From Octopus bimaculoides (lineage: Eukaryota): 64,000 bases of DNA. Position 1 is the stretch's first letter. The number at the start of each line of letters is the position of its first letter. The notes under the pieces were generated by a model. That model made no database searches, was not told where the DNA came from, and was given only the letters and a program-made list of their open reading frames with translations. A program made the translations under genes and the position numbers. Below, one piece after another: positions 1 through 13,123 of this stretch. Where the stretch lies: assembly GCF_001194135.2 (NCBI RefSeq), contig NC_068981.1:129381377-129445376 (forward strand), read 5' to 3'.

Positions 1-200
1 AGTTATTATTAATATTATTCAGGACCGAGCTCGATTCTAAGCAGTGACCTGAATAATAATAACAACGAAAAATACCTTAGGAATGAGAACTCGGGTTTGA
101 AATTTCCCCAAGACACTTGAAGGCTGGAGAGTGTATCAGCCGAAACATTGTGTTAACAACAAACATGATGAGGACAAATATCTGTCAAATGTAATAATGT
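1..200 (+). mobile_element. Penelope-like element 3' tail fragment with decayed hammerhead (112-154)
   Basis: GACAC-TTGA-A-GGCTG(loop)CAGCC-GAAAC-ATT-GTGTT followed by an AT-rich tail. The family call is inferred from the HHR-type tail. Confidence 0.5.
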
Positions 201-446
201 ATAGGGATGTGAAATCAAGTCTCATGGCCGGCCAGTAACAAATTTTTCTGCAATATATAGATAGGTTATCCTGTTCATGCTATTGTATTAGCACAGTCAT
301 GCTTTTGAGAATAAATTATTTCTGTATCTTTCAATACATCTCAACGCTTCTAAAGCAAACTGTTTTCTTTCATAAGTTGAATTTAACGTTAGCTTCTTAT
401 AAAGCTAGATTTATAAATCCTAAAATTGCAGAACAATTTGTTGCTG

Positions 447-517
447 GGCAGTTTAGCTTAAAGATAAAGCACTTGATGCATAATCACAGGGATGTGAGTT
501 CGAGTCTCATGGCTGGC
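447..517 (+). pseudogene. tRNA-Met(CAT)-like sequence, probably a SINE head or tRNA pseudogene
   Basis: GGCAGTT-TAGC...TG-CAT-AA...GTGAG-TTCGAGT-CTCAT-GGCTGGC: T-arm and B box intact, acceptor stem 6/7 pairs including G-T, anticodon stem only 3/5. Confidence 0.55.
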
Positions 518-898
518 TGGTAATGACTTTTTCTGCAATATATGGATAGTTTATCCTGTTCATGCTATTGTATTAGCATTATGATGTGTTTGAGAATAAA
601 TTATTTCTGTATCTTCCAGTAAATTCTATTTTTTTATCCCTCTTAGCAGTAAGTAAGAGTAGTAAATGTTCAGTGCCTTACTTGGGGAACAGCATACTGT
701 CAGTGTTGGTTATTATACTAATTGATAAATATTCATCTAAAAAGGTACAATTTTATTTCAACCTAGGTCAGATTGAGTATTTTATAACATTTGTTCTTCC
801 ATGCTAAGTGGGTTGGAAAGATCTGCAGTAAAGTGCATTACTATTTTACTTAATTCAGAGAATCTGATCCTAGTATGATTAGTCAGTGTTTAGTTTAA

Positions 899-1107
899 CC
901 CTTTAGCATTTAAACTGGCCCAAACATTCTACTGGTTTTCTGTTTAAACTGGCCAGATCCAGCCTCTCACACCTACTTTTCAATATTGTTCTAAATATAA
1001 ACAATCACATCATCAAAATCTCAAAGCTAAAAGATAATGCAAGATTAATTGAAAACAATGTGAATCAATAAGCATTACATTTGACAGTAAATCTGAATGC
1101 CAGAGGG
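899..1107 (+). mobile_element. piggyBac-type MITE (TTAA-flanked); related copies at 30323-30537, about 40586-40770, about 45823-46033 (reverse)
   Basis: TTAA|CCCTTTAGCATT...AATGCCAGAGGG|TTAA; the copy at 30323 has a perfect 12-bp TIR CCCTTTAGCATT/AATGCTAAAGGG; shared internal sequence. Confidence 0.7.
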
Positions 1108-2126
1108 TTAAATAATTGTAGAGTAAAATTTTGGGTGGGTAGTAGTGAGCAACAAGAGATTTCTTCAAGATTGGAATACGAAAGTTATGAAGTAATAGTA
1201 TATACAATGGAGCAGTAACTACTGAAACTCTCTTTGTATTGTTTCACTGACAGTGTTGCAGATGGGAGATATTAATATTGGCTGTTTTGTAACAATTGAT
1301 TCAATTTGTAATTCAAAAAAATCTGAAAATTAAATGAGGTTGTAGTGCTTCTTGGCAAAAGTAATATTGTTGACACTGCATGAACCATTAAGTAGTATAT
1401 TTTGTGTAAAGAAGACTTTCAATTCCATACAAATATCAATGTAGCCTGATATCATAGCACAGCCAACTTTTGCTGCTAATTGTTGATCATCTCTGTTCTA
1501 TGAAGCACTTAGCTGTGCTCTATTTCACACACAGGAGAAAATAAAGCTTCACATAACATTAAAATAAGCAAAAGGCAAACTTGATGGTGGGTCATCATCA
1601 TCATCAATTAATGTCCACTTGTCCATGTTTGCATGGGTTGGACAAAGTTTACCTAGCCAGATTTTCTACAGCTAGATGCCCTTTCTGTTGTTAACCCATA
1701 CCTGTATAAGGCAATATTCCTTCATGGTGGGCTTATTTCAGTTCCCATTTACCAAATTCTCTTAAGGTTTTGGGGAGCCTGGAGCTATAGCATAGGACAT
1801 GCCCACAATCCCACACTGTAGGACTGAACCTGAAAGCATGTGGTTGGGAAGCAAATTTCTTAACCACACAGCCATATCTGCAGTGAGTACAAAAATTTGT
1901 GATGGGTTTATTTTTCATACAGTTCATGGATTAAGGCCAAAGAATTCCTTTATGATGTGTGACTAATACTTTTAAGCACATCTGGCAAAGGATTAATAAC
2001 TGTCAAGGAGTAAAATAACTGAGTTGAGAATGAAGGCCTTCTTAGAGAGGTGATTAGAGAAAAAAAATGAAGTAGGAAAACAGGCACAGCTTCTGCTGTG
2101 ATGATATCTGAAATAAGACAACTTAC

Positions 2127-2199
2127 TTGTTGTAGACAGATGGGCTTGCAGGAGTATTGGTATAGTTGGAGGGTTGGCTGCATCGAGTGGTAAAAGCAC
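2127..2199 (-). CDS. TMEM131: TMEM131 exon 34 (last one found in window)
   Basis: attttccag acceptor, (G)[23 protein letters not shown], donor GTAAGT; phase 1 to 2. Confidence 0.7.
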
Positions 2200-5100
2200 C
2201 TGGAAAATATTTACGATGTTAGAAAGGGCAAGAGAGAAATATTCCAGAATACATTTAAAAGTAATTTCTTTAAACTAATGCATTTAATTTTTCAAATAAA
2301 GTAAAAAAAAAAAAAGACTTATTTTTGCTGCTCTGTTGCAAAGTTTTGTGAATTATAAAAAAGTGTGTGTGTGTGTGTAATTTATTCTGTTTCAAATGAT
2401 ACAATATTTTTGAAGACGGATCTTTTTTAAAACGGGGGCCACATTTTTCATTAATGTTTTACGTAGTGTTTTTGGTACCGAAAGACTTTCAAACTTCGTA
2501 TACTTATCTATTTTGTGTTATAGAACAGAAAAATATTTTTGTATTCAAATTTATTTCATGTAAAAAATTGTCTTATTTCGATAATTTCAACCAATCACTG
2601 ACAAGTATTCAGTTGTTTACATTTACTCCTTTGGCTGATTAAGCCATAGCTTCGTTTTATTTGCTTTTTTCATTTTCTTTTTTTTCTTCTTCATTTTATT
2701 TGCTTTTTTCTTTTTAAATTTGCTGTTTTACTTTAACCCTAACCCTATCACCGATAGAATTGTTTCAGAATCGTTTGTTTATGTAGTCGGCACTTAATGT
2801 ATATCGGCTGAATGGACGTCAGTGATTGGTTGAAATTACAGAAATACGACAACTTTAACATGGAATAACTTAAGGATTTCTTTTTTTTTTTAAGAAGACT
2901 AAGAGAAAAAGATGTTTTATATGACACATTCTACCAGTGTTCCAAGTTTCAAAGTGTTTCGTTAATGAAAAATGTGGCCCCCGTTTTAAGAAAGATCCTT
3001 GAAGACTTGCAGTGCACACATATTTTCAGTAAAGTAATATCTGTTGTGTCAATAAAAGATTCTCTACATTTTTGTTCAATCTATGAGATACAGCAGCCAC
3101 ACAGTCCTAAATTTCACACTCAGCCATTTAAAATAAAAAAAAACCCAGGATGGTTACATTAGTTTGTTCAGTTGGGGCTGTACTGAGAATAAACGAGTAA
3201 TACCTGATAGTCCATGGTCTGCAAAAAGGTTGAATTCATTCCATTTATTTTCAACTGGACTAGCAGGAGAGCTGCAAGACTTGTTAGACTTCTGTACAGA
3301 AGCTGACGGTCCGATAAGCATGTGAGTGTTGTTAGTATTGTCAATGTTGTTGTTGTTGCTGACCACACTGCTGTAACTGCTTGACCGGCTACTAACAGAA
3401 CTGCTGGCAGGAGAGCTTGGTAATGGAGATGATGAGATCTCTGTGGTGTTGGGATAAAAAGTAGGTGTGCTCAATGCAGTCTGAATTGGAGACGATGTAT
3501 AGGAACGGTTGTGTTGAAGGGCAAAATTTTCTGTTTGACTTGCTAAATCACTGAGGTCTCCTAGAAGAAATAAAACAATGCAGTCAGTGATGAGAAGGGA
3601 AAATTAATATTTCAGGAGAAACATGGGATTACAAATTGACAGCAAAAAGGAACAGCTTCGAAGAGCATTCTTACCAATGGGTGCCACACGAGCTGGTGTG
3701 TCCCATGGATCTTTACATTTCCGCATATAATCATTCTCAGATCGGCTAGAAGCATTATCATCTGGAAAAGGAAAGATTGAGAAGATGAATTAGGAAAATA
3801 TAAAAATTAAAACACGAGGAGCAAAAAATTAAGAAAATAAAAGGGGTAATAGAGAATAAGGCAAGTAACAGTTTACAAAGATATAAAATTAGCGAAGGTT
3901 GGGTAGACTTATTGCTTGTAATGCTGGCAAATAGTGGTTGTTGGTATTATAGTAAAAAGGTTTGGAATGGTGCATACCTTCAGAGCTTGTGGTGTACCCA
4001 AGCCTGGCTTTTCCTTTATTTTGTCTAGGCGCCTTTTTAGTTTTGTTGACCACTTCCACAGTGTATTCCTTTCTCTCAGGAGATTTCTTAGGTTCCAGAT
4101 TATAAGGTAGAGCCAGTGTACTGAAATAAAAAGTAGTCAATATATTAGATAGGGAGTTATGCATCTACAATGTTTACTTAAAATCCCCAAATAGTCTAAG
4201 AAAAGAGGTTTGCCTAACAAAACCCATATTCTTCACTACATTACTTCTTTGGACACCTTAAGAGACAATGGATTTTTACCTTTTAAAAAGATTCCTGATC
4301 TTATCATGTGTCCAACGTGACGATTTAAATGAAGCTCTAATCAACTCATTTTTACTGACCAAACTATTTTGACACCCTTCTCTAAGACAATATTAACCCA
4401 ACAAACTTTATCTTGTTCAGTAACAATCATGCTGCTTTGTCCTGTAGATTTAAATATATGCACAAACTCTCAAAAAATTTTACAGCATTTCTTGTACTCA
4501 AAATCAGTTAAAATTTTGGATATATGTGCCCTCCATAGGCAAGGGATAACATCTGTTCAGCCATCCTGCCAGGATACAGTTAAGTCAGGGGACTGCAACA
4601 TTGTGGACTGTGAAGAGCTCAACTGAGCCAATGGTGCTTCTTACGTTGAAGCTGAGCAGAGGAATCCTAGAAAATCAATGATCAGGATCACAAACTGTCA
4701 AGGGAGTAACTGTAATGCAACCATAGGGGTGGCGTCCATGGTGGTAATCAACTAATGAAAGATTCACTTTGACTCAAGTCCCCAATTCAAATTCATAATG
4801 AAATTGGATGATGACAGAGTTATGGGAAGCTGCAAAAGCAGCAAAAAAAAAATTCTTACTTAGGTTTCCAGATATTTCCACCATAAGTATCTTTGGGGTT
4901 CACTTTTATTTTCTTGTGAGCTTTTGATCGTGTAGTCAACTCAAAATCATCATCAGCATAGACAATGTCTTCAATAATTGGAGAATGTTTCTCAACTGGT
5001 TTGGATTTCTTGGACTTGGATTTTGATACCTCCGAAAAATTGTTGGAATTATTACTTGCTTCCCTGGAACAATTCTAGAAAGGAATAAACAATATTAATT

Positions 5101-8100
5101 TTTAAAATAATCTTTAGTAGTAGGCACAAGGATTGAAATTTTAGGGAAGGTAGGCTAGTTGATTACATTAACTCCATTGCTCAACTGGTATTTATTTTAT
5201 CAACCCCGAAAGGATAAAAGGCAGAGTTGGCCTTGGTAGCATTTGAATTCAGAATATAAAGCTGGATGAAATGCCAGTAAGCATTTTGTCCAATGTGTTA
5301 ATGATTCTGCCAGCTCACCGCCTTAAATTTTAAAAACAACCTGCTAACAGTAGAGCATTCATCCATTTTTTTATAGCATAACTCAACTTATGTTGGATCA
5401 TGCTGTAAATCCAAGACATTTGCATAAGTTACATAACAGATATATAGTTAACAATTTTATTAGGTGTTTAATATCCAGGAGATAATGTAGTAGCTTAGCA
5501 TAATAAAATTGGACGGGAGACTCTAAAGCGAGAAGAAAAAAAAGTGTACAAAACCTTTTCTTCAAAATCACCCGTGGAAGATTCTGTTGTTGTAGATGAT
5601 GTTTCATCTTTCTCATCTGTTACATCTTTCATTGTGGTAAATTGGGACTTCGTATTCTGTTCTTTGTTTTCTTGTTTATTTTTCTTCTTTCTGTTCTTTC
5701 CATTTTTACTTGTTTGGACTGCAGTAAAACAGGACATGAAATATTTGAATAAGAAAAAGGTAAGTGCATATAAGAAGGTGATGTTGTTGATTAAATCAAG
5801 TCCAGTTTATTACTGACAGCTTTATCAACCCAAGAGATAAGTTAACCGGTAATTCAAACAGAAAGCAACAACGCTCAATCTAAGTTTTCTCACAAAACAG
5901 CTGAAGTTGACTTATTTGCATTTTCACTCTACTCCATCATTCAGTTCTAATACATCATCATCATCATCATCATCGTTTAACGTCCGCTTTCCATGCTAGC
6001 ATGGGTTGGACGATTTGACTGAGGACTGGTGAAACCGGATGGCAACACCAGGCTCCAATCTAATTTGGCAGAGTTTCTACGATTGAAAATACATAGTATT
6101 TCCAGTGTCAGGAAGCTAAACACCAAAACATTTGGCAATGTTCGGAGGACAGTAACTGAATAAGAATTATATAAACAACCTGTCCAATCCATGCCTGTAT
6201 GATATGCAAACATAAATGAAGATGATGACTGTAATTAATTTTCATAGAAATCTAACTCTTAACTTGAAAGGATTTAAGAACAATCATCAGCTAACCTGTT
6301 TTAGATTACAAACTCATTGCAAAAGAAGTTTGTAATGAAACTTTGGAGAAATTCAGTCAAAAACAATGAAATCTTAAGACATTGGGATGAGAGTATTATT
6401 TGTAATGCTTTACAGACAATCACAAAGAATGCAAGCTATACTTGGTGGAGTGTAGTCAGAAGCATAAATAACAAAGCAAGTTTAAAAAAAACAAACATTT
6501 TAGTACTAAAAAGAATAAGACTTCTTTACCTTCTGCTTTGACAGGTGTTGGTTTGTCTTCTTCAATTACAGAGCAAGTGTTCCCACGTCGCTCTTCACTA
6601 GATATTCTCCCATTACTGTTTAGCTTTGTTTCAAATGAAGAAGAGTTGAAGTCTTTTGTATCATAATTTGATTTTCTAGATTGGTTTGTGTCAGTGTTAG
6701 AAACATTTTTTTTATCACTGAATTCTGTTGAGTTGAGATCATTGTTGCACCGTTTACCTGGGCGTGTCTTTTTTCTAACTACATTGTTCTGGCCACTGTT
6801 ACTACGTTCATTGAAGTCTTCAGAAGAATTTGCTGAACAGTTTTTCACATCATATATGGCAGCTTTTAAATTGTTTGATAAATCTTTAGTATCTTTTTCA
6901 TGAGAATTCACTTTTAAAATATTTGGCTTTCTCTTGTAACCAAATATTGAAAATATGGTAGGAAGCTTTTTAAATAAATAATTTGCTTTAAATGTCCACT
7001 GTTTGTCCCTCTTGTTATTTGTGTGGTCTGTGTGATTTGTTGAACTCTCAGGAAGCAAGCGTGAAGCACGACCCTCTGTAACTACAGAAGAGTTTTGTGG
7101 TAGCGTTTTAGAAACAGATGAAAGCCCAGAGATATTTTTCAGATCAAATGCTTTACCCTTCTCATATGGCTGTGTACCATTTAACACTTTGAGTTTTCGT
7201 CTGTAAGAGTCTGCCACACAAATGCGCTTTGCTTCAAGATAGGCTGTAATAAATACACACAGAGTGAGCACAACAATTATACAAATAAAGGCATAGTAGA
7301 GACCCATTTCCCAACTTGGGCGAGGTAGGGCAGCAGCGCATCTGGCTAGCATATAGGGAGGTACAGTAGCCTGCAAAGTAAAGTTCACTGGTGGCCCTAA
7401 ACTTGTAGAGATTGTAAGAACACGACGAATACGAGACATGGTGAAGTCAGGAGTGAAACTGAAATAGAAAAAAATAACAAATTTAGTTAGGAAATTGATA
7501 ATAGATTATATAAAATGATGCAACTTCACTGATTAAATACTTACGCAATATCTATTTTCTGACTACCATTAGGGAGCAGCTCAAAGCCAGCACAGTCTAA
7601 CACTTTGAAACCATATCCTTCACAAGGTGAAGAATTTATGCTGAATCCATGTACATAAAATGGTAATTCTCCTGTGTTTCGCATTGTAAACATTCTTTTC
7701 ACAGTAAAATGAGGCAATGAGTTTTTACCCTGCTTTTTTTCTATGGAAAAAAAAAAAAAAAAAAAAAGGAAAAAAATTAGTTTTTTAAAATTTATTTCAA
7801 AGTTTCACATCAAGTAAAACATGTTAAGCAAATAGATTATGATGAATTGTGTGAGTGAACTCTTCTTACAGCTAACTCATCTACCATGAAATAATAGTAC
7901 CCCATTTAACAGGGTAATATATTACATCATGACCAACCTAGTATTAGATCTTCACCAGCAACTGTAATTCACCAGTCCAAAAAGAATACCATTTGTTTAA
8001 CAATCTTTCAACGTTTGCATAGGTTAAGGGGAAGATTGTTTGAAAAGACTTTCTTTATGGCTGGATTATGTCTATTGTGATGGAGCGACAAACTACAGGG

Positions 8101-11100
8101 CAATCTTAATGCAGATATCACTCCTTTGAATAGATAGCTTTCAACAGTAATTCCATGAGGTAAACAGAAAATCAATGCTGGAGAGCAGTAAGCAGTAGCT
8201 GAGTTAACAGAAGCATGGTATTAGAAGGTGGAGACATAATACTTACTATCACAGTTCTTTAAATGTTTCTCTGTCATCTCAAAGAGTAGTGGTGTTCGAG
8301 AGCCAGCCTTTCTGTTACTGAATCTCATTTCTCCCTGACCACCCTGACCCTGTACCACAAGACTGTCTATTATTGTTAAGTTGTTTCTGAAACAAACAAG
8401 ATCCAAGATGTTGCTGAGAATGGCAATAATAATTGAAGACTAATATTTTTCATTAAGAAGATAGGAGAAATGAAAAAAAAAAAAAACTCCTCAATGAAGC
8501 AAAGCATCTCTACCTTGCCAAAGTATAAACAAATTGCTAAGAAATTTATACTACATTGACACTTATTATCAATTGTTACAATGAGCCTAAAATTTATACA
8601 AGACACTTCAGCCGAACATGAACATTTAATTTGATTGGGCACAAAGACATTGACATAAAGGGAAGTATATATGTTGAATGAAAATGTCATTAAAAGCTAA
8701 CTATTTCATTTATCTTGCCTCTGGTATAGGATTTAACTCAAAACTGAAATATACCAAAACTGAAATTTATACAAAGCACACAATAAAGCACCTATCTAAT
8801 TATGTTTACTGTCTACACCTATAAAACTATAATTTGTAACTATATCAAAATGAAAATATATTTTTCTCAGTATCAAGAGTTAGTTGTAGGAAAATACTCT
8901 AACAAACCTTATAATGATTAGAGAAGTTCTAGATAGATCATCTTTAGGACGAAATCCTACTTGGAATTTTAACTTTGTTCCTGGGCTGAGGAGGGCTGTG
9001 ATTGTTTCTTTGTGAGGTTTGATACCTAAAGTGTTTTCTATGTGTTTGCGGTATCGGTGGAGCTGGGAATTTGGCTGCAATTTAAAGGGTTAACATGTTA
9101 CAAAAAGTTTCAAACACAGATATAGCAAAAACACAACGTTTCAATTAATATAATTTTCAGTTAGTAAACAGAACTTAATAATGCAGAAAATTTAACTTTC
9201 AGCTTAATATTTTTCAGAGAAAAATAGATTAAAATACAAACTGTAGAATAGGAGTGTTCAAGATCTGGCAAGATGAAAATATCTCTATCATCTGTTTCTA
9301 TGTAATCTGAGAGATCGGATGCAAGTCTGTTAAAAGAAAACAATTCATCTTAATATGGAATGGTTACTTTTTGTCTATTTACAAGAGAACAAAACCAGCA
9401 CCAGGACTATCAAGGCTGATCTGAAGGCTCAACAACATTAGTAGCATGCCAACAGTGACCTATCCCTTTTTCTTATCCAGTTTTAATTAATTCATTCATA
9501 ACAACCATCATTACTGCATCAAGACTCACTGATTATCTGTTACTATCAACATAGTGTATAGCTAACTGGTTCCTATTTAGATTAGCTGTTAACATATTAC
9601 CAAACCAACTGTGACACTGTAGATAAGAAACTGATAATTTCTAGTTTTCTTAGTTGCACTTAGTGAATTTTGGAACAGCAGTTTGATGTAGATAAAAAAA
9701 ATTTTTTAACCTCAATTATCAATAGTAAGAATGTGATTCCTGATTGCTTGATATGCTGAAGATAACACTCTATATACCCATAGCTCACTTTCAGATTAAA
9801 CCTATCAGTTCCACAATTAACATATGCACTAATAATTTACACATGATATCTTAGTTGCAGAACTAAGGGAACAGAAAACTTGCTCTGTTTCAATAACAAA
9901 ACTTGATCTCACTATAAAATAGATAGGATTTCCTGTGTTGCCATGTCATTTGTAGAGTTATTACAAATAATAATTATACTGCAATGGGGCCTAAAAGAAA
10001 CTTACCTCAATCAATTTAGTTCATAACAAAGACCATAATAAAGTGATTAGTACAGTGTCCCAAAAGTTACTGATGGATTTCAATTTTTAATAACTTCCTT
10101 AACTTAAATAAATGCATGAAATTTTGATACAATATAAAGGACATAATGGAAATTAATATGCACAAGTCAAATTTTGCAATGTCACTGCATCACATATGAA
10201 AAATGACATTGCTTAAACAGCAGCCATTTTCAGCTTCGCATGCTCGTGCTCTTTCCAAAATTTGCACCATAACACCTTCAAGAGTTTCAGACCCCACTTC
10301 TGATTTCTCTATTGATGTTCTGCAGTTGCATCAGGGTCTCCGGTTTGTTGACGTAAACCCTCTCTTTTAGGTATCCAGACAAGAAAAAAATCTGGGCTAG
10401 AGAAGTCTGGGGAACGTGAAAGCCATTCAAAGTAGACTTCACACATTGGTTCCAGCAAGATGTGTCAACTGCTCACATCACAAGAGAAACAATGCAGTTG
10501 CTACGGCAGTGCTTTGGAGAGAGAATAATTTCCTGCTATGGCAATGTTAACTGGCCTTCATGTTCTCCAGACTTTTTCTTGTGGGGATACCTGAAAGAGA
10601 GGGTTTACGTCAACAAACCGGAGACCCTGGTGCAACTGAAGGAGAACAATAGAGAAATCAGAGAAGTGGGGTCTGAAACTCACAAGAGTATTATGGTGCA
10701 AGTTTTGGAAAGAGTACAGGTGTGTGAAGCCGAGAATGGCTGCCATTTAAGTGATGTCATTTTTCATATATGATGTAGTGGTGTTGCAAAATCTGACTTG
10801 TGCATATTAGTTTCCATTATGTCCTTTATATTGTATCAAAATTTCATGCATTTATTTGTAAAGTTAAGGAAGTTATTAAGAATTGAAACCCATCAGTGAC
10901 TTTTGGGACACCCTATTAGCAATGCACAATCATAAAACACCTGCTGTAACAATTCATATCAAATGTTTCAATTTCAAAATTGTCCAACACTAGAAAAATA
11001 ATTTGCTGGTTCCTTCTATTACAGCTACTAGACGTTACTCTTCTAGATAACTACAGAGTTTTCATCCCTATATAATATTGAATGTATCATAGCCTTATAA

Positions 11101-11327
11101 CTAACTGGTTTTTCTTTCCTTTACAAACGAAAGCATAAGATAAAATCAAATATTTAGTAATTTTTGCTCCAGCTGGATCATGATCCACATTTTAAATTAG
11201 AAATAACATACCTATTACTCATAAGGTCGACAATAGTTTGCGGGTTTGGATAGACAGGTAAAGTAAAGATTTGTATCAGAACTGGCACATCCCCAGGGTT
11301 TTCTACAATGAAATCTGATAACTAAAG

Positions 11328-11368
<41 letters not shown>

Positions 11369-12536
11369 AGTTACAAAAATTATACAGCTCACAAAGATTC
11401 AAACAGTAATTGTACAATTTCTGACACTACACATTAAGAATTAGTTAATACATAATTATATGGTTGACAGATCAAGAAATACAAAGGTGAATAGAGAAAC
11501 AGCTAAATCCATAAATAGCTAGAGTTAAAATGGAGATATCTAAAATGTTACTTACTGACACATTTCCAATCTGAGTAAGAGGAAATTTTATTTTACACTT
11601 CCTTATTAAGGCTGGCCAATAGAGATGTGCTTGTGCCGAAAAGAGAAAACCTCGCACTTGATTAGTGTCTAGCTCTATTGTTACATTGGCCCTACAAATA
11701 AGAAAAAAAAAGTTGCAATAGATATAATAGAAGTTAATAAATGAGGAACAAAGAATGCAAAGATTCTGACTACTTGTGAAGATTACTTACGTGCTTTGAT
11801 CCACTCGTGCAACACGATCCCATTTCTGTTGAAGATGTGTATATAAATATTGGTCTGTGTCTGCAACTTCTCTGTCTAACTCCAAACCCAGTAACCATTG
11901 GTGACCAGCTAAAAGAAGACAATGTAAATTCATTTTAATTTTATGTAAGTTAGTGTCTTCAAAATGAGAATTTGTGCACATGCACTAAGATTCTCTCCCT
12001 CTCCCCAAAGGTAAATTAAGTGATGTAGAGAGTGAAACGAGTTTTATACTGTGAGATAAGGCCAGCATTTTGACATAATTTTTTGTCAAAGAGAAGTGAT
12101 TACCAGTTTTGAAAGATAAAGAGATCAGGATTAGTGAGAGTAAAGAGAGGTAAAGGAATAGGAAAGGAAGTAGAGTGAGCAGGGGGAAGAGGCAGTAATT
12201 GTTAGTGGAAAGGTGTAAGGGTTAAATTAAGGAGAAAATAAAAGGAACATTAGACTTGTTACCTATCCCACTTTTCTAACTAATCCCAATTTACCATTTA
12301 AAACAGTGCTTTCAACCATTTGCAGTTCAACACCCCTCTTCACTGTATGGTGCTACCCTCATTTGTGCAGTGGCTTATTACACATTTTCTTATATAGTTG
12401 CATCCAGTATGTGCCTGTTTTCAGGAATTTGCAAGGACTAGAACTCCCCCACTTGTTAAATTTTTATAGAAATAAGAGATAACAAAGACATATATAATCT
12501 CCAAATATAATAATGAGCGTAGTGTTTTTATATATT

Positions 12537-12629
<93 letters not shown>

Positions 12630-13084
12630 AATCACACTACTGCATGGGTGAAGGGAGAGGAGAGGAAACAGTAATTCAGTGAAGGAGAAGTAGTGAGAGT
12701 AATAGCCATGACTGATAGGGAGTGAGAGAAAGTAATAGCAATGAGAGAGAGGAAGTGGCAGAGAGAGCGTCGTGTATCTTCTACTATAATAATACTCTTG
12801 TGCATTTCTCCGACACAACATACGAATGAGAAAGGAAGGGGTGATCCACTGATGGAAGTGGGATGGTGAAAAGTCAACAGTGAAACAAAAATCAAACAGT
12901 GCTTCAACTCTGTGAGTATGTTTGGGTGCATGTAAAAGGGAGGAATGTAAATGTTTGTGTGCGTGCAAAATATATTTATATATTCGGGTGAGTGTATGTG
13001 TATGTTCATTTAGAAAGATACATAGAAAATAGAATTAGACATGCACATTTACACATACATACAAATACATGAACACACACACAC

Positions 13085-13123
<39 letters not shown>

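Noticed and set aside
5064-5066. Alternative CAG acceptor inside exon 30
   Set aside because: Out of phase with exon 29; the upstream TAG keeps the frame.
12304-12330. hAT-like end CAGTGCTTTCAACC as left end of the 15-17 kb transposase (would imply capture of exon 20)
   Set aside because: The true left end with a matching TSD is at 14246.
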